Below are positions 41,021 to 50,200 of a DNA stretch of 64,000 nt, piece by piece. The notes under the pieces were generated by a model. It worked only from the letters and a program-made list of their open reading frames with translations. It was not told the origin of the DNA and searched no databases. The DNA lies in assembly GCA_965228735.1 (NCBI GenBank), contig OZ245838.1, forward strand, positions 5,312,001 to 5,376,000, read 5' to 3'. Source of the stretch: Planctomycetota bacterium (GTDB lineage: Bacteria; Planctomycetota; UBA1135; UBA2386). The position numbers were made by a program, and so were the translations under genes. The stretch's first letter is position 1. Each line of letters starts with the position of its first letter.

Positions 41021-43192
41021 ATGCGTCTCGTGGTGTTGGCGGTGTTCTTGCTGAGCGGGTGCGCCGCCGTCCACGAGCCGGGAGCGGCTCACGATCATGC
41101 CGTGGCGCCCGCGTTCACGCTCGAGCGACTGGTGAACGGGCCATCGTGGACGGGGGTGTCGCCGTCGAGCCCGGCCTGGTCACCCGACGGTCGCTGGCTC
41201 GCGTTTCGTTGGCGCGGCGAGGGGTCACGGCGGGAGCTGTGGCTCGTCGAGCGTGACGGCACGGGGCTGCGGCAGCTCACGAACGCGGAGAGTCGCGGGA
41301 GCGCGGGATCGTTCGCGTGGTTGCCGGACGGCGCCGGCCTGCTCGTGCTGCGCGCGGGTGGGCTCTGGCGGCTCGGACTCGATGGCGCCGAGCGGCGCGT
41401 TGCGGATCTCCCGCGCGGTGTCGGCGGGTTCGCGGTCGCGCCGGATGGCCGGCACGCGTCGTTCTCGAAGGACGGCGATCTGTGGCTCGTCGGTCTCGAC
41501 AGCGGCGCGGTCCGGCAGCTCACCGACGTGGGCGAGCCACCACTCTCCGACCTGCGGATCGGACGCTACGCCCGTCGCGAGGTCGAGGTCGGGTCCTACG
41601 TGTGGGGCGGACCGACCTACGCGTGGGCGCCCGACGGCCGCAGCATCGCCTTGCACCTCGTCGATCGGCGGCAGCTACGCCAGGTGCCGTTCCCGAACTA
41701 CCTCGGTGAGGAGACCGATCCGAACTTCGTTCGGCGGTCGTATCCGGGTGATCCCAACGAGCACCGTGCGGTCGCGATCGTCGCGATCGACAGCGGCGCG
41801 ATCGATCGCCTCGACCTCCCCGCGCCGACGGCGACGCGCGTCGTCGACTTCTCGTGGTCGAACGACGGTCGGCTGCTCGTCGATCGTGAATCGGACACGG
41901 CCGTCGACCGTTGGCTGCACGTCTACGACCCGAGCACGCGGCAGCTGCGCGAGCTCTGGCACGATCGCCGCGAGTCGCGGGTCTACACGACGGCGGCCTC
42001 CGCGTGGCACGCGGACGGCCGCCACGTGATCGTGCTGTCCGACCGGGGTGACCGCTACGGGCTCTACGCGCTGGCGATCGACGACCCGCAGCCGCGGCTG
42101 CTGACCGATCCCCGTTTCGACGTGCTCGCCGGGCCGACCGTCGCTGACGACGGCGCGATCTTCTACACCGCGAACGACCCGAGTCCGTACGAACGCCACG
42201 CCGCCGTCACGACGCTCGTCGGCAATGCGAGCAGGCGCCTGACCCGTCTGCGCGGCGATTCCCGCGCGTTCCCGTCACCCGATGGCAAGCACGTCGCGCT
42301 GCTGCACAGCAACGACACGACGCCGACCGAACTCTACCTCGTCGCCGCTGATGCGCCGGGGACGGAGCGGCGCATCACGGACTCGCAGTCGCCGGAGTTC
42401 GCGCAGCAGCCGTGGGCGAACGTGCGCTACGCCACGTTCCCGAGCCTGCACGACGACGCGACGCTGCACGCCCGGATCCTCGAGCCGCGCGACCTCGATC
42501 GGACGCGCCGGCACCCCGTCATCTTCGGCCCGATCTACTCCAACACCGTGCGCAATCGGTGGGGCGGCTTCTACGGCATGTTCCAGCAGGTGCTCGTGGC
42601 CCACGGCTACATCGTCGTGCAGGTCGACGTGCGCGGCAGCACGGGCTACGGCCGCGAGTTTCGCGAGCAGTTCCTCATGGACTTCGCCGGCCGCGACCTC
42701 GACGACCTCGAGAGCGCGGTCGCGCACATGGAGTCGTTGCCTTTCGTCGACCCGGATCGCATCGGCATCTGGGGCAGCAGCTACGGCGGGACGCTCACGG
42801 CCTACGCGTTGTTGAAGAAGCCGGGGCTGTTCGATGCCGGTGTCGCGTGCGCCGCGGCGGTCGATCCGCACTTCTTCGGCAGCGACGACGTCGCGATCGT
42901 CCGACGACCCGCGAGCCACCCGGCAGCGTTCGAGCGCGGCGCGGCGCAGTACGCGGCCAACCTCGAGGACCCGCTGCTCCTGATTCACGGGATGCAGGAC
43001 CAGGTCGTGCCGTTCAAGACGGCGGTCGATCTCGCCGAGGCGCTGATGCGAGCGGGCAAGGACTTCGACTTCGCGTTCGCGCCGGCCGGCACGCACGGCT
43101 GGACCCGACCGTCGCACTACGCGCGCTACCTGCTCGGCAAGCTGATGGCGCACTTCGAACGGCACCTCGGCAGCGGCGAGCAGGACGGCTGA
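41021..43192 (+). CDS. S9B dipeptidyl peptidase IV-like lipoprotein
   Basis: LLSGC lipobox, propeller WSPDG repeats, GIWGSSYGG, HGMQDQVV and GTHG. Confidence 0.9.
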   Translation: MRLVVLAVFLLSGCAAVHEPGAAHDHAVAPAFTLERLVNGPSWTGVSPSSPAWSPDGRWLAFRWRGEGSRRELWLVERDGTGLRQLTNAESRGSAGSFAWLPDGAGLLVLRAGGLWRLGLDGAERRVADLPRGVGGFAVAPDGRHASFSKDGDLWLVGLDSGAVRQLTDVGEPPLSDLRIGRYARREVEVGSYVWGGPTYAWAPDGRSIALHLVDRRQLRQVPFPNYLGEETDPNFVRRSYPGDPNEHRAVAIVAIDSGAIDRLDLPAPTATRVVDFSWSNDGRLLVDRESDTAVDRWLHVYDPSTRQLRELWHDRRESRVYTTAASAWHADGRHVIVLSDRGDRYGLYALAIDDPQPRLLTDPRFDVLAGPTVADDGAIFYTANDPSPYERHAAVTTLVGNASRRLTRLRGDSRAFPSPDGKHVALLHSNDTTPTELYLVAADAPGTERRITDSQSPEFAQQPWANVRYATFPSLHDDATLHARILEPRDLDRTRRHPVIFGPIYSNTVRNRWGGFYGMFQQVLVAHGYIVVQVDVRGSTGYGREFREQFLMDFAGRDLDDLESAVAHMESLPFVDPDRIGIWGSSYGGTLTAYALLKKPGLFDAGVACAAAVDPHFFGSDDVAIVRRPASHPAAFERGAAQYAANLEDPLLLIHGMQDQVVPFKTAVDLAEALMRAGKDFDFAFAPAGTHGWTRPSHYARYLLGKLMAHFERHLGSGEQDG

Positions 43193-43333
43193 TCGTCGCG
43201 TAGGGCGGCCGCCTGTCAGGTCGCATGACAGCGCGAGAGCGCGCCGCCTGATTGGACGAGCTTCGGGCCGTTGGCCTGGTGCTATGGTCCCGAGTGCTTC
43301 GTTTCGTTCGCGTTCACTCCGCAGGAGCGACCC

Positions 43334-44410
43334 ATGACCGAGATCATCCGCACCAGCGCAAGCGCGCTGTTGTTCACCGCCGTGGCAGCCGCGCAGTTCA
43401 TCCACCCGATCACCTACATCGACGCCGACACCCAGAGCAATACCACGCTCGCCGATGGCACGGCCTACACGCCGACGACGACGCTCGCGACGAGCGGCAC
43501 CGACGACGAGTGGTTGCTGCGGGCGTTCGGCAACGGCGGCACGGTGCTCTCGAGCCACGACGTCGCCAACTCCGACGAGGACGCGCCGATGCTGCGCACG
43601 ACGATCACGGGCCTGATCCCGACGTTGTCGTACTACGTGTACTCGTACCACTGGAGCAACGGCCAGTCGTGGCGCGGCCGTGCCCTCGTGTCGACCTCGC
43701 AGCCCGCGCCCGAACTGCCGGGCTACAACACCGTGCACTTCAACGGCTCGGCGTTCGCCCCGATGCAGCCGCTCGCGATCAGCGCCGCGCTCGGGTTCGG
43801 TCAGTCGTCGCTCGCCCTGACGTTCGATGGTCTGGGGTTCGAGAACTCGGGTCACTTCGCGCAGCCCGCGCTGATCTCCGAGGGCAATCGCACGATGTAC
43901 GAGGTCTGGCTCGGGGTCCATCAGGCGGATGCGCAGGGCGAGATCCACGTCTATGTCGACGATCTCGCGGGGCCGCAGGTGCCCGGCAACCGCACGTGGT
44001 TCGACGGCGTCGGCTACGAGATCGCGCCGCTGCCGCAAGGCACGCCGTGCGGCAGTCCGCAGCCGACGATCGGGTTCGAGGGCGCGCCGATCATGACGAC
44101 GGCGTTCACCTGCCGGGTCGACAACGCGCCGCCGAACGCGCTCGCCATGGCGTTCCTCGGGTTCAGCAATACGACGTGGACGGGCGGGTCGCTGCCGTTC
44201 AACCTGGCGATCATCGGCTTCCCGACCTGCTCGCTCTACGTGTCGCCCGACCTGAGCTTCTTCAAGGTCACCGACGCCAGCGGTTCGGCCGACCACGAGT
44301 TGACCCTGCCGGTGTTCACACCGCTCACGTTGCACTGGCAGTGGGGCGTGCTCGATGCCGGCAACAACCTCAGTGGGACGCAGACGATCGAGACCGTGTT
44401 TCACCGTTAG
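43334..44410 (+). CDS. Exported protein with planctomycete-type C-terminal domain
   Basis: AGGAG RBS, signal ending AAAQ, C-terminal GTPCG...LPFNL..IGFPTCSLYVSPD...DASG...LHWQWGVLD. Confidence 0.8.
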   Translation: MTEIIRTSASALLFTAVAAAQFIHPITYIDADTQSNTTLADGTAYTPTTTLATSGTDDEWLLRAFGNGGTVLSSHDVANSDEDAPMLRTTITGLIPTLSYYVYSYHWSNGQSWRGRALVSTSQPAPELPGYNTVHFNGSAFAPMQPLAISAALGFGQSSLALTFDGLGFENSGHFAQPALISEGNRTMYEVWLGVHQADAQGEIHVYVDDLAGPQVPGNRTWFDGVGYEIAPLPQGTPCGSPQPTIGFEGAPIMTTAFTCRVDNAPPNALAMAFLGFSNTTWTGGSLPFNLAIIGFPTCSLYVSPDLSFFKVTDASGSADHELTLPVFTPLTLHWQWGVLDAGNNLSGTQTIETVFHR

Positions 44411-44448
44411 CGCTTGCGCCGGAGTGACCGGCTCGTCCTCGGGCGAAG

Positions 44449-44964
44449 CTACTGGACGGTCACGTCGAGCGCGGGGCCGAAGCCGAGCTGGCCGCCGTTG
44501 CTCACGCCGACGCTCTGCACGCGGATGACCAGGCCGGTCGGCGCATTGTTCGGCACGTTGAGCGACCAGCCCGCGAGGCCCTGGTTGCAGGGCGTCGGAA
44601 CGAACGGCGGCGCGCTCGTGAGTCCGACCGTGACGACCTGCAGCGTCGCGCCGTGGAGCATCACCGGGTTGTCGATGCCCGGGATGGTTGCGCACGGGCC
44701 CGGCAGCGAGATGCCGATCATGAATGCCGTCTGCGGCGCCGAGCCGTGGGTGTAGTTGCGGAACGAGCCCGCCGGAACCGTGCCCGCGGGCAACGCGCCG
44801 CAGGTGACCGCGCCGCATTCCTGGCCGTAGATCACGGGTGCCGGATTGTTCGGCCGCGATGTGAGGCCGATGTCCGTGGCCTGCGCGGCGACCGGGGTCA
44901 GCAGCGAGCACGTCAACAGGGCGCTCGCGATCAGGTGGGAGGAGGTCAGAGTGGTGAGACGCAT
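44449..44964 (-). CDS. Small exported protein consisting largely of the C-terminal-type domain
   Basis: AGGAG RBS, signal ending VAAQ, YGQECG...LNVPNNAPTGLVIRVQ...GPALDVTVQ. Confidence 0.75.
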   Translation of the reverse strand: MRLTTLTSSHLIASALLTCSLLTPVAAQATDIGLTSRPNNPAPVIYGQECGAVTCGALPAGTVPAGSFRNYTHGSAPQTAFMIGISLPGPCATIPGIDNPVMLHGATLQVVTVGLTSAPPFVPTPCNQGLAGWSLNVPNNAPTGLVIRVQSVGVSNGGQLGFGPALDVTVQ

Positions 44965-45112
44965 GTCGTTCTCCTGGATGGTCGTTGGACTGTCCTGACG
45001 AGCGCCGCGGCGACCGAGGTGGCAGGGGCTCAGCGTGCTCGGGAACAACCTAGTCCGTCAGTGGCCGGAGGTTGCCGCTTCGAGGCACATTGCCCGATAT
45101 GCTCCGGCCCCG

Positions 45113-45820
45113 ATGAGCACGTCACCGCGCGAGAGCTACGCGTTGCGGCGCACCCTGCGCGGTCGCTACTTCCTGCTCCTGCTCGCGCTCATCATCCTCG
45201 GCCTCTCGTACCCGCTGCTCCTGGCCGGTCTCGGCGGCCGCATCGCATGGCACGTCACGCTGTGGCTCGTGCTGCTCGGCGGCTGGCGCGCGATCGAACT
45301 GCACCCGCGCATGAACGGGGTGAGCGAGGCCCTCGCGCTCGCGGCGCTCGGCACCGGGATCTGGCAGCTGGTCGTCGGCGAGAACGAGGTCGTGCCGACG
45401 GTTCTGTTCGCCGCGACGACGTTCGTGTTCCTCGCCGTCACGGAGGTCGTGCTCCTCGCGGACGTGCTCGGGGGCGATGCGCGGGCCGTCGACGTCGACA
45501 AGCTGCTCGGAGTGATCTGCGCCTACGTCGTGCTCGGGCTCGCCTTCGCGTTCTTGTTCCTCATCTGCCACGCGCTCGACCCGGAGGTCGGCGCCATCAC
45601 GCCGTGCCCCGAGGAATCGTGGATCGCGGATTACCTGTATTTCAGCTTCGCCACGCTCACGACGGTGGGCTACGGGGATCTCGTGCCCGTCGGCGCGTTC
45701 CCGCGGTTGATCGCGGCCTCCGAATCCGTCGTCGGGATGCTCTACCTCACGATCGTGGTCGCGCGTCTCGTTGGGCTGCACATCTCGAGGAACATCGGCG
45801 TGCCGCTCGGGCGCGGCTGA
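45113..45820 (+). CDS. Potassium channel family protein (Ion_trans_2)
   Basis: YFSFATLTTVGYGDLVP selectivity filter and several TM helices. Confidence 0.9.
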   Translation: MSTSPRESYALRRTLRGRYFLLLLALIILGLSYPLLLAGLGGRIAWHVTLWLVLLGGWRAIELHPRMNGVSEALALAALGTGIWQLVVGENEVVPTVLFAATTFVFLAVTEVVLLADVLGGDARAVDVDKLLGVICAYVVLGLAFAFLFLICHALDPEVGAITPCPEESWIADYLYFSFATLTTVGYGDLVPVGAFPRLIAASESVVGMLYLTIVVARLVGLHISRNIGVPLGRG

Positions 45821-45861
45821 ACGGTTGACTCGCACGTCGTGGACGTTCCACTCGCAGGCAG

Positions 45862-47184
45862 ATGACTGACGAGATCGCCGTACGGTTCGGGCGCGGGCGC
45901 ATGTCGCTGCGGCTGCCGTCGTCGGCGACCGTGCTGTGCGGGCCGGAGATCCCGCCGCTCGCCGATCCGGAGGGCGAAGTCCGCGCCGCGTTGCGTGGGC
46001 CGATCGGCGCCGAGCCGCTGGGCGCGATCGCGCGGCAGCGTTCGCCGAAGTCCGTCGTCATCACGATGAGCGACATCACGCGGCCCGTGCCGAACGAGCT
46101 GCTGATCACCGCGATCCTCGCGGAGCTCAACGCGGCGGGGGTGCCCGACAGCGCCTGCACGATCCTCATCGCGACCGGCATGCATCGGCCGTCGACGGCC
46201 GCAGAACGTAACCACATGCTCGGCCGCGAGCTCTTGCAGCGTTGTCGCGTCGTCGACCACGAGGCCGATCGCATCGAAGACCTCGTGCGCATCGCCGACG
46301 ACCCGCCGATCAGCATCGCGCGGCTCTATGCCGATGCCGATCTCAAGATCGTCACCGGGCTCATCGAGCCGCACTTCATGGCCGGCTACTCGGGCGGTCG
46401 CAAGGGCATCTGTCCCGGGCTCGTGGATCTCGACACCGTGCAGCGCTTTCACGGTCATCGCGTGATGGGGGATCCGGCCGCCGTCGAAGGGCGCATGCCG
46501 GGCAACCCGTGCCACGCGATCGCGATGCGCGTCGCCGCGCAGGTCGGGTGCGACTTCCTCGTCAACGTCGCGATCACGCACGATCGCCGGCCGGCGGGCA
46601 TCTATGCCGGTGATCTCGTGCAGGCGCACGAGGCCGGTTGCGCGCAGGTCGAGGCGTGGACGAGTGCGCAGGTCGACGAGCCGTTCGACCTCGTCGTGCA
46701 GTCGGCCGGCGGCTACCCGCTCGACGAGAGCTTCTACCAGACGATCAAGGGCATGGTCACCGCACTGCCCGCGCTGCACGATCGGTCCGAGCTGCTGATG
46801 TGTTCCGCGTGCACGGAGGTCGGCTCACCCGAGTTCACCGCGCTGCTGCAGCGCTACGGCCGCGATCATCGCGCGTTCCTCGCGGCGATCACGGCGACGG
46901 ACGTGACCGGCAAGGATCAGTGGCAGTATCAGATGCAGGCACGCGTGCTCGACCGCATCGGGCTCGCACGGCTGAAGTTCGCCGGCGACGGGCTGCCGAT
47001 GGAGCTGCAGCGCGAGCTGCCGATCACTCCGCTCGCGGGCCCGGGCGACGCGGTCGAGCGGGCGCAGCGCCACATCGACGAGTTCGTGCGCTCGCGGCCG
47101 GGCGCCCGGATCGCGGTGATTCCGGAAGGGCCCTACACGATGCTGCGATCGGCCCGGGTCGGTCCCGGGGATACCGGCCCGTGA
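45862..47184 (+). CDS. larA: Nickel-pincer-dependent lactate racemase family protein
   Basis: SDITRPVP, ATGMHR, IEPHFMAGYSGGRKGICPG and GGYPLD..FYQTIKG motifs. Confidence 0.9.
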   Translation: MTDEIAVRFGRGRMSLRLPSSATVLCGPEIPPLADPEGEVRAALRGPIGAEPLGAIARQRSPKSVVITMSDITRPVPNELLITAILAELNAAGVPDSACTILIATGMHRPSTAAERNHMLGRELLQRCRVVDHEADRIEDLVRIADDPPISIARLYADADLKIVTGLIEPHFMAGYSGGRKGICPGLVDLDTVQRFHGHRVMGDPAAVEGRMPGNPCHAIAMRVAAQVGCDFLVNVAITHDRRPAGIYAGDLVQAHEAGCAQVEAWTSAQVDEPFDLVVQSAGGYPLDESFYQTIKGMVTALPALHDRSELLMCSACTEVGSPEFTALLQRYGRDHRAFLAAITATDVTGKDQWQYQMQARVLDRIGLARLKFAGDGLPMELQRELPITPLAGPGDAVERAQRHIDEFVRSRPGARIAVIPEGPYTMLRSARVGPGDTGP

Positions 47185-47711
47185 GCGAACTGCGTGACGC
47201 CTCGACCACCCGCCGTCTCGGTCGGACGCCGCGACTCCGGGCGCTCGCGGACTGTGTGCCGCCCGGGACGCGCACGTTCGTTGACGTCGGCACCAACCAC
47301 GGCATCCTGCCGCTCGCCGTGCTGCTCGACCAACGTGCCGAACGCTGCATCGCGATCGACAAGTCGAGGACGGCGCTCGTAGAGACCGAGCGGCGCCTGC
47401 GTCGGCTCGAGTGCGGGAAGCGCGTCGAGCTGCGGCTCGATGACGGTTTGTCGACGCTCGCGGGCGACGAGACGATCGACGTCATCTGTCTCGCCGGCCT
47501 CGGGCCGCGGACGATCCTCGACGTGCTCGACGGCGGCAGCGCCGTCCTCGAAGGAGCGCGCGAACGCCCGCTGCGGCTCGTGCTCAACCCGCTCGCGAGT
47601 GACCGCGGCCCGCGGGCCTGGCTCGAACGTCACGGCTATCGGCTCGTGCGCGACTTCGTCGTGCCAGAACGTGGCCGCGAGTACGTCGTGCTCGCGGCCG
47701 AGCTGCCGTAG
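47181..47711 (+). CDS. trmK: tRNA (adenine(22)-N1)-methyltransferase TrmK-like
   Basis: PRLRALADCV, DVGTNHGILP, RLDDGL, CLAGLG..TILDVL and LVLNP; GTGA overlap with larA. Confidence 0.8.
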   Translation: MSELRDASTTRRLGRTPRLRALADCVPPGTRTFVDVGTNHGILPLAVLLDQRAERCIAIDKSRTALVETERRLRRLECGKRVELRLDDGLSTLAGDETIDVICLAGLGPRTILDVLDGGSAVLEGARERPLRLVLNPLASDRGPRAWLERHGYRLVRDFVVPERGREYVVLAAELP

Positions 47712-47714
47712 CCC

Positions 47715-48719
47715 TCACGTCTCGACCCGGCGCGAGCGGATCGCTTCGGCGAGCGCCACGATGCTGAGCGGCGCGGAGCCCTCGGCCTTGTTGTTGACGA
47801 TGACGGTGACCGGTAGCTCGAGGCCGAGCGCGTCCTCGCAGAGATCCGCAATGGCCGCGCGGCTGTCGGGGTCTTCGTCGACGAGGCGGTCGAAGGGCGT
47901 GTAGCGCGCCTTCGCGGTCTCGTACTCGAACCCGTGGTGCAGCATCCAGCGCACCGTGACCGCATGGCCCGAACCCGGGCGCAGCGGCGCCAGCTCGAGC
48001 TGACGGGCGAGCGCCGGCATTCGCGGGTGCACGCTGTAGCAGTGCTGCGCGCCGGCAGCGGTGATCACATCGACGTAGCGCTCGGTCAGCAGTTCGGTGT
48101 CGCGGAGCTCGATCGTGTAGTCCACGCCCGTCGGCAACCGTTCGAGCAGCGCGGCGACGCGCTCGGCGAACGCATCGGGTTCGCGCGTGATGGTGCGACC
48201 CTGCGGCGGGAACTGGAACAACAGCGGCCCGAGCTTGTTACCGAGCCCTTCGACCGCGGGCGCGATCACGCTGTCGACCGTCGTGTCGAAGTCGAGGTAG
48301 CGTGCGTTCTTGCCGGATTGCCCGCGCACCGTCGGGCTCGTGACCTCGCCCCAGACCTTCACGAGGAACCGGAAGTCGGCCGGCACCTGCCCGGCATAGG
48401 CCGCGAAGTCCGCGGTGTCGATGGGGGCGTAGAACGTGCGGTCCAGCCCGACCGCGCGCAGCAGCGGATGCCGTGAGTAGGGCGCGAGGCCGTCACGCGA
48501 CAGCCGCGACTTGGCGGATTCCGGGGCGTAGACCACCCCGCGCCAGCCCGGGAAGTTCCACGAGGACGTGCCGAAGCGCAGTCCGGCCGGCAGGCTCGCG
48601 GCGGTCGCGCGAACGTCGTCGCCGACGTCCGCCGGCGCGAGCGCCGCCGCCCGCTTCGGTTCCGGTTCCAGCGAACCGAACAGGCCTTGTTGTTGTGGCG
48701 CCACGATCCAGGTGAACAT
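47715..48719 (-). CDS. DUF72 family protein
   Basis: RFGTSSWNFPGW, LDRTFY, FRFLVK, LGPLLFQFPP and VNNKAEGSAP motifs. Confidence 0.9.
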   Translation of the reverse strand: MFTWIVAPQQQGLFGSLEPEPKRAAALAPADVGDDVRATAASLPAGLRFGTSSWNFPGWRGVVYAPESAKSRLSRDGLAPYSRHPLLRAVGLDRTFYAPIDTADFAAYAGQVPADFRFLVKVWGEVTSPTVRGQSGKNARYLDFDTTVDSVIAPAVEGLGNKLGPLLFQFPPQGRTITREPDAFAERVAALLERLPTGVDYTIELRDTELLTERYVDVITAAGAQHCYSVHPRMPALARQLELAPLRPGSGHAVTVRWMLHHGFEYETAKARYTPFDRLVDEDPDSRAAIADLCEDALGLELPVTVIVNNKAEGSAPLSIVALAEAIRSRRVET

Positions 48720-48783
48720 ACCGAACCCGGTATCCTTGTCTCATCCCGTGATAGCTGGAACGACCTTCCTCAGCGACGTGCGC

Positions 48784-49179
48784 ATGTCGTGGCCGCAGTG
48801 GCTGACCATGCTCGTGGTTGCCGTAGCGGCTACTTTCTTCTTCGCCGAGCGCGTGGATCCGGGGCTCGTCGTGCACGGCGTCCTCTGGCTCGTCGTCGGG
48901 TTCGCGCTCTTGCCGATCGGTTTCACCATCGGGCTCGCTGCCGTCGCGCTCACGATCACCGTCTTGCTCGGCCTGATCGCCCTGCCGGCGTATCTGACGG
49001 GTCGGCCAACGGGTCAACGCGATGTGGTCACGGCAGCGTGGCAGCTGCCCGGGCACGTTCTCCCCGGCTTCTGGCGCGCGTTGCGTCGCGTGCGAAAGCC
49101 GCGACTGTGGGGCGCGGTCGTCGGCACCCAGATCGGTGTCCTGCTGTTCCTGTCGCTCCGTGGGTTGACGCCGGCGTGA
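48784..49179 (+). CDS. Hypothetical membrane protein
   Basis: Several hydrophobic helices; start uncertain. Confidence 0.6.
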   Translation: MSWPQWLTMLVVAVAATFFFAERVDPGLVVHGVLWLVVGFALLPIGFTIGLAAVALTITVLLGLIALPAYLTGRPTGQRDVVTAAWQLPGHVLPGFWRALRRVRKPRLWGAVVGTQIGVLLFLSLRGLTPA

Positions 49180-49216
49180 CGCCGCGGGGTCGTCGTCCGG
49201 CGGCTACACTCCGGCG

Positions 49217-49636
49217 ATGGCAGAGGATCAAGAACGCTCGCACAAGGAGCCCGGGTTCACGTTCGTCACGCCCGTGCTCTGCGTGAACGATCTCCCGCAG
49301 AGCCTGACGTACTACCGCGATCGCCTCGGCTTCGCGGTCGCGTGGGCGTGGGCCGAGGAGGAGGCGTTCGAGGCGCCGAGCCATCCGACGTTCGCCTGCG
49401 TGTGCCGCGGCGAGGTGTCGGTCTTTCTCTGCGAGAAGGGGCAGGGCAACCCCGGCAGCTGGCTCATGCTCAACCTGAGCGATCGCGAGCAGCTCGACGT
49501 CGTGCACCGCGAGTATCAGCAGAGCGGGGCGAAGATCGTGCAGCCCCCGACCGACGAGTCGTGGGGCATGCGCGAGATGATCGTCGCGGACCTCGACGGC
49601 AACACGCTGCGGATCGGTGTCGGCGTCGGCACCTGA
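49217..49636 (+). CDS. VOC/glyoxalase/bleomycin-resistance family protein
   Basis: PVLCVNDL..SL.YYRD.LGF and PTDESWGMREMIVADLDGN motifs. Confidence 0.9.
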   Translation: MAEDQERSHKEPGFTFVTPVLCVNDLPQSLTYYRDRLGFAVAWAWAEEEAFEAPSHPTFACVCRGEVSVFLCEKGQGNPGSWLMLNLSDREQLDVVHREYQQSGAKIVQPPTDESWGMREMIVADLDGNTLRIGVGVGT

Positions 49637-49648
49637 TCGCCGATCGTT

Positions 49649-50200
49649 CTACTCCTGCAGCCGCGCGATGATCTCGAGCAGCTGGTCGCCGTGGCCGCCG
49701 AGGTCGACCTTCTTGGTCACGTGCCGGATCACGCCCTGTGGGTCGATGATGAACGTGACGCGGCGGGCGTAGGGTCGGCCGTCCATCAGCACGCCGTACT
49801 TCTCGGCGACGCTGCCGTCCGGGTCACTCAGCAGCGCGAACTCGAACCCGTGGTCGAGCTTGAACGCGGCCTGCGCGCGCACGCTGTCGAGGCTGATGCC
49901 GTAGATCGTCGTGTCGTGTTCTGCGAAGCGTTTCGCTGCGTCCCGCAGCGAGCACATCTGCTTCGTTCAACCGCCGGTCGCGGCCTTGGGATAGAACGCG
50001 AGCACCGTCCACTTCTTGCTCTTGCCGCCGACGCTCGTGAGCGCGCCGCCGTCGTCGTTGAGGCGGAACTTGGGCGCGGGGCTGCCGACGACGGCGCCGG
50101 CAGGAGCGGGTTTCGGCGTCGGCGCAGGCGGATCCTGGGCCGTGACCGGCAGGCAGAGGAGCAGGGCCGGGAGCGCGGCGAGGAGGCGGGATCGGATCAT
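49649..50200 (-). CDS. bcp: Exported BCP/PrxQ peroxiredoxin, selenoprotein (Sec78; UGA at 49967-49969)
   Basis: Read-through gives APKFRL..DGG...VLAFYPKAATGG-UGA-TKQMCSLRD...YGISLD...LLSDPDG...ARRVTFIIDPQG. UGA sits at the peroxidatic Cys of PxxxTxxC, with a downstream hairpin. Confidence 0.9.
49924..49965 (-). promoter_or_regulatory. SECIS-like hairpin of the peroxiredoxin gene
   Basis: mRNA UGA-A-CGAAGC-AGAUGUGC-UCGCUGCG-GGA-CGCAGCGA-AAC-GCUUCG: 6-bp lower stem and 8-bp upper stem starting 15 nt after UGA. Confidence 0.78.
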
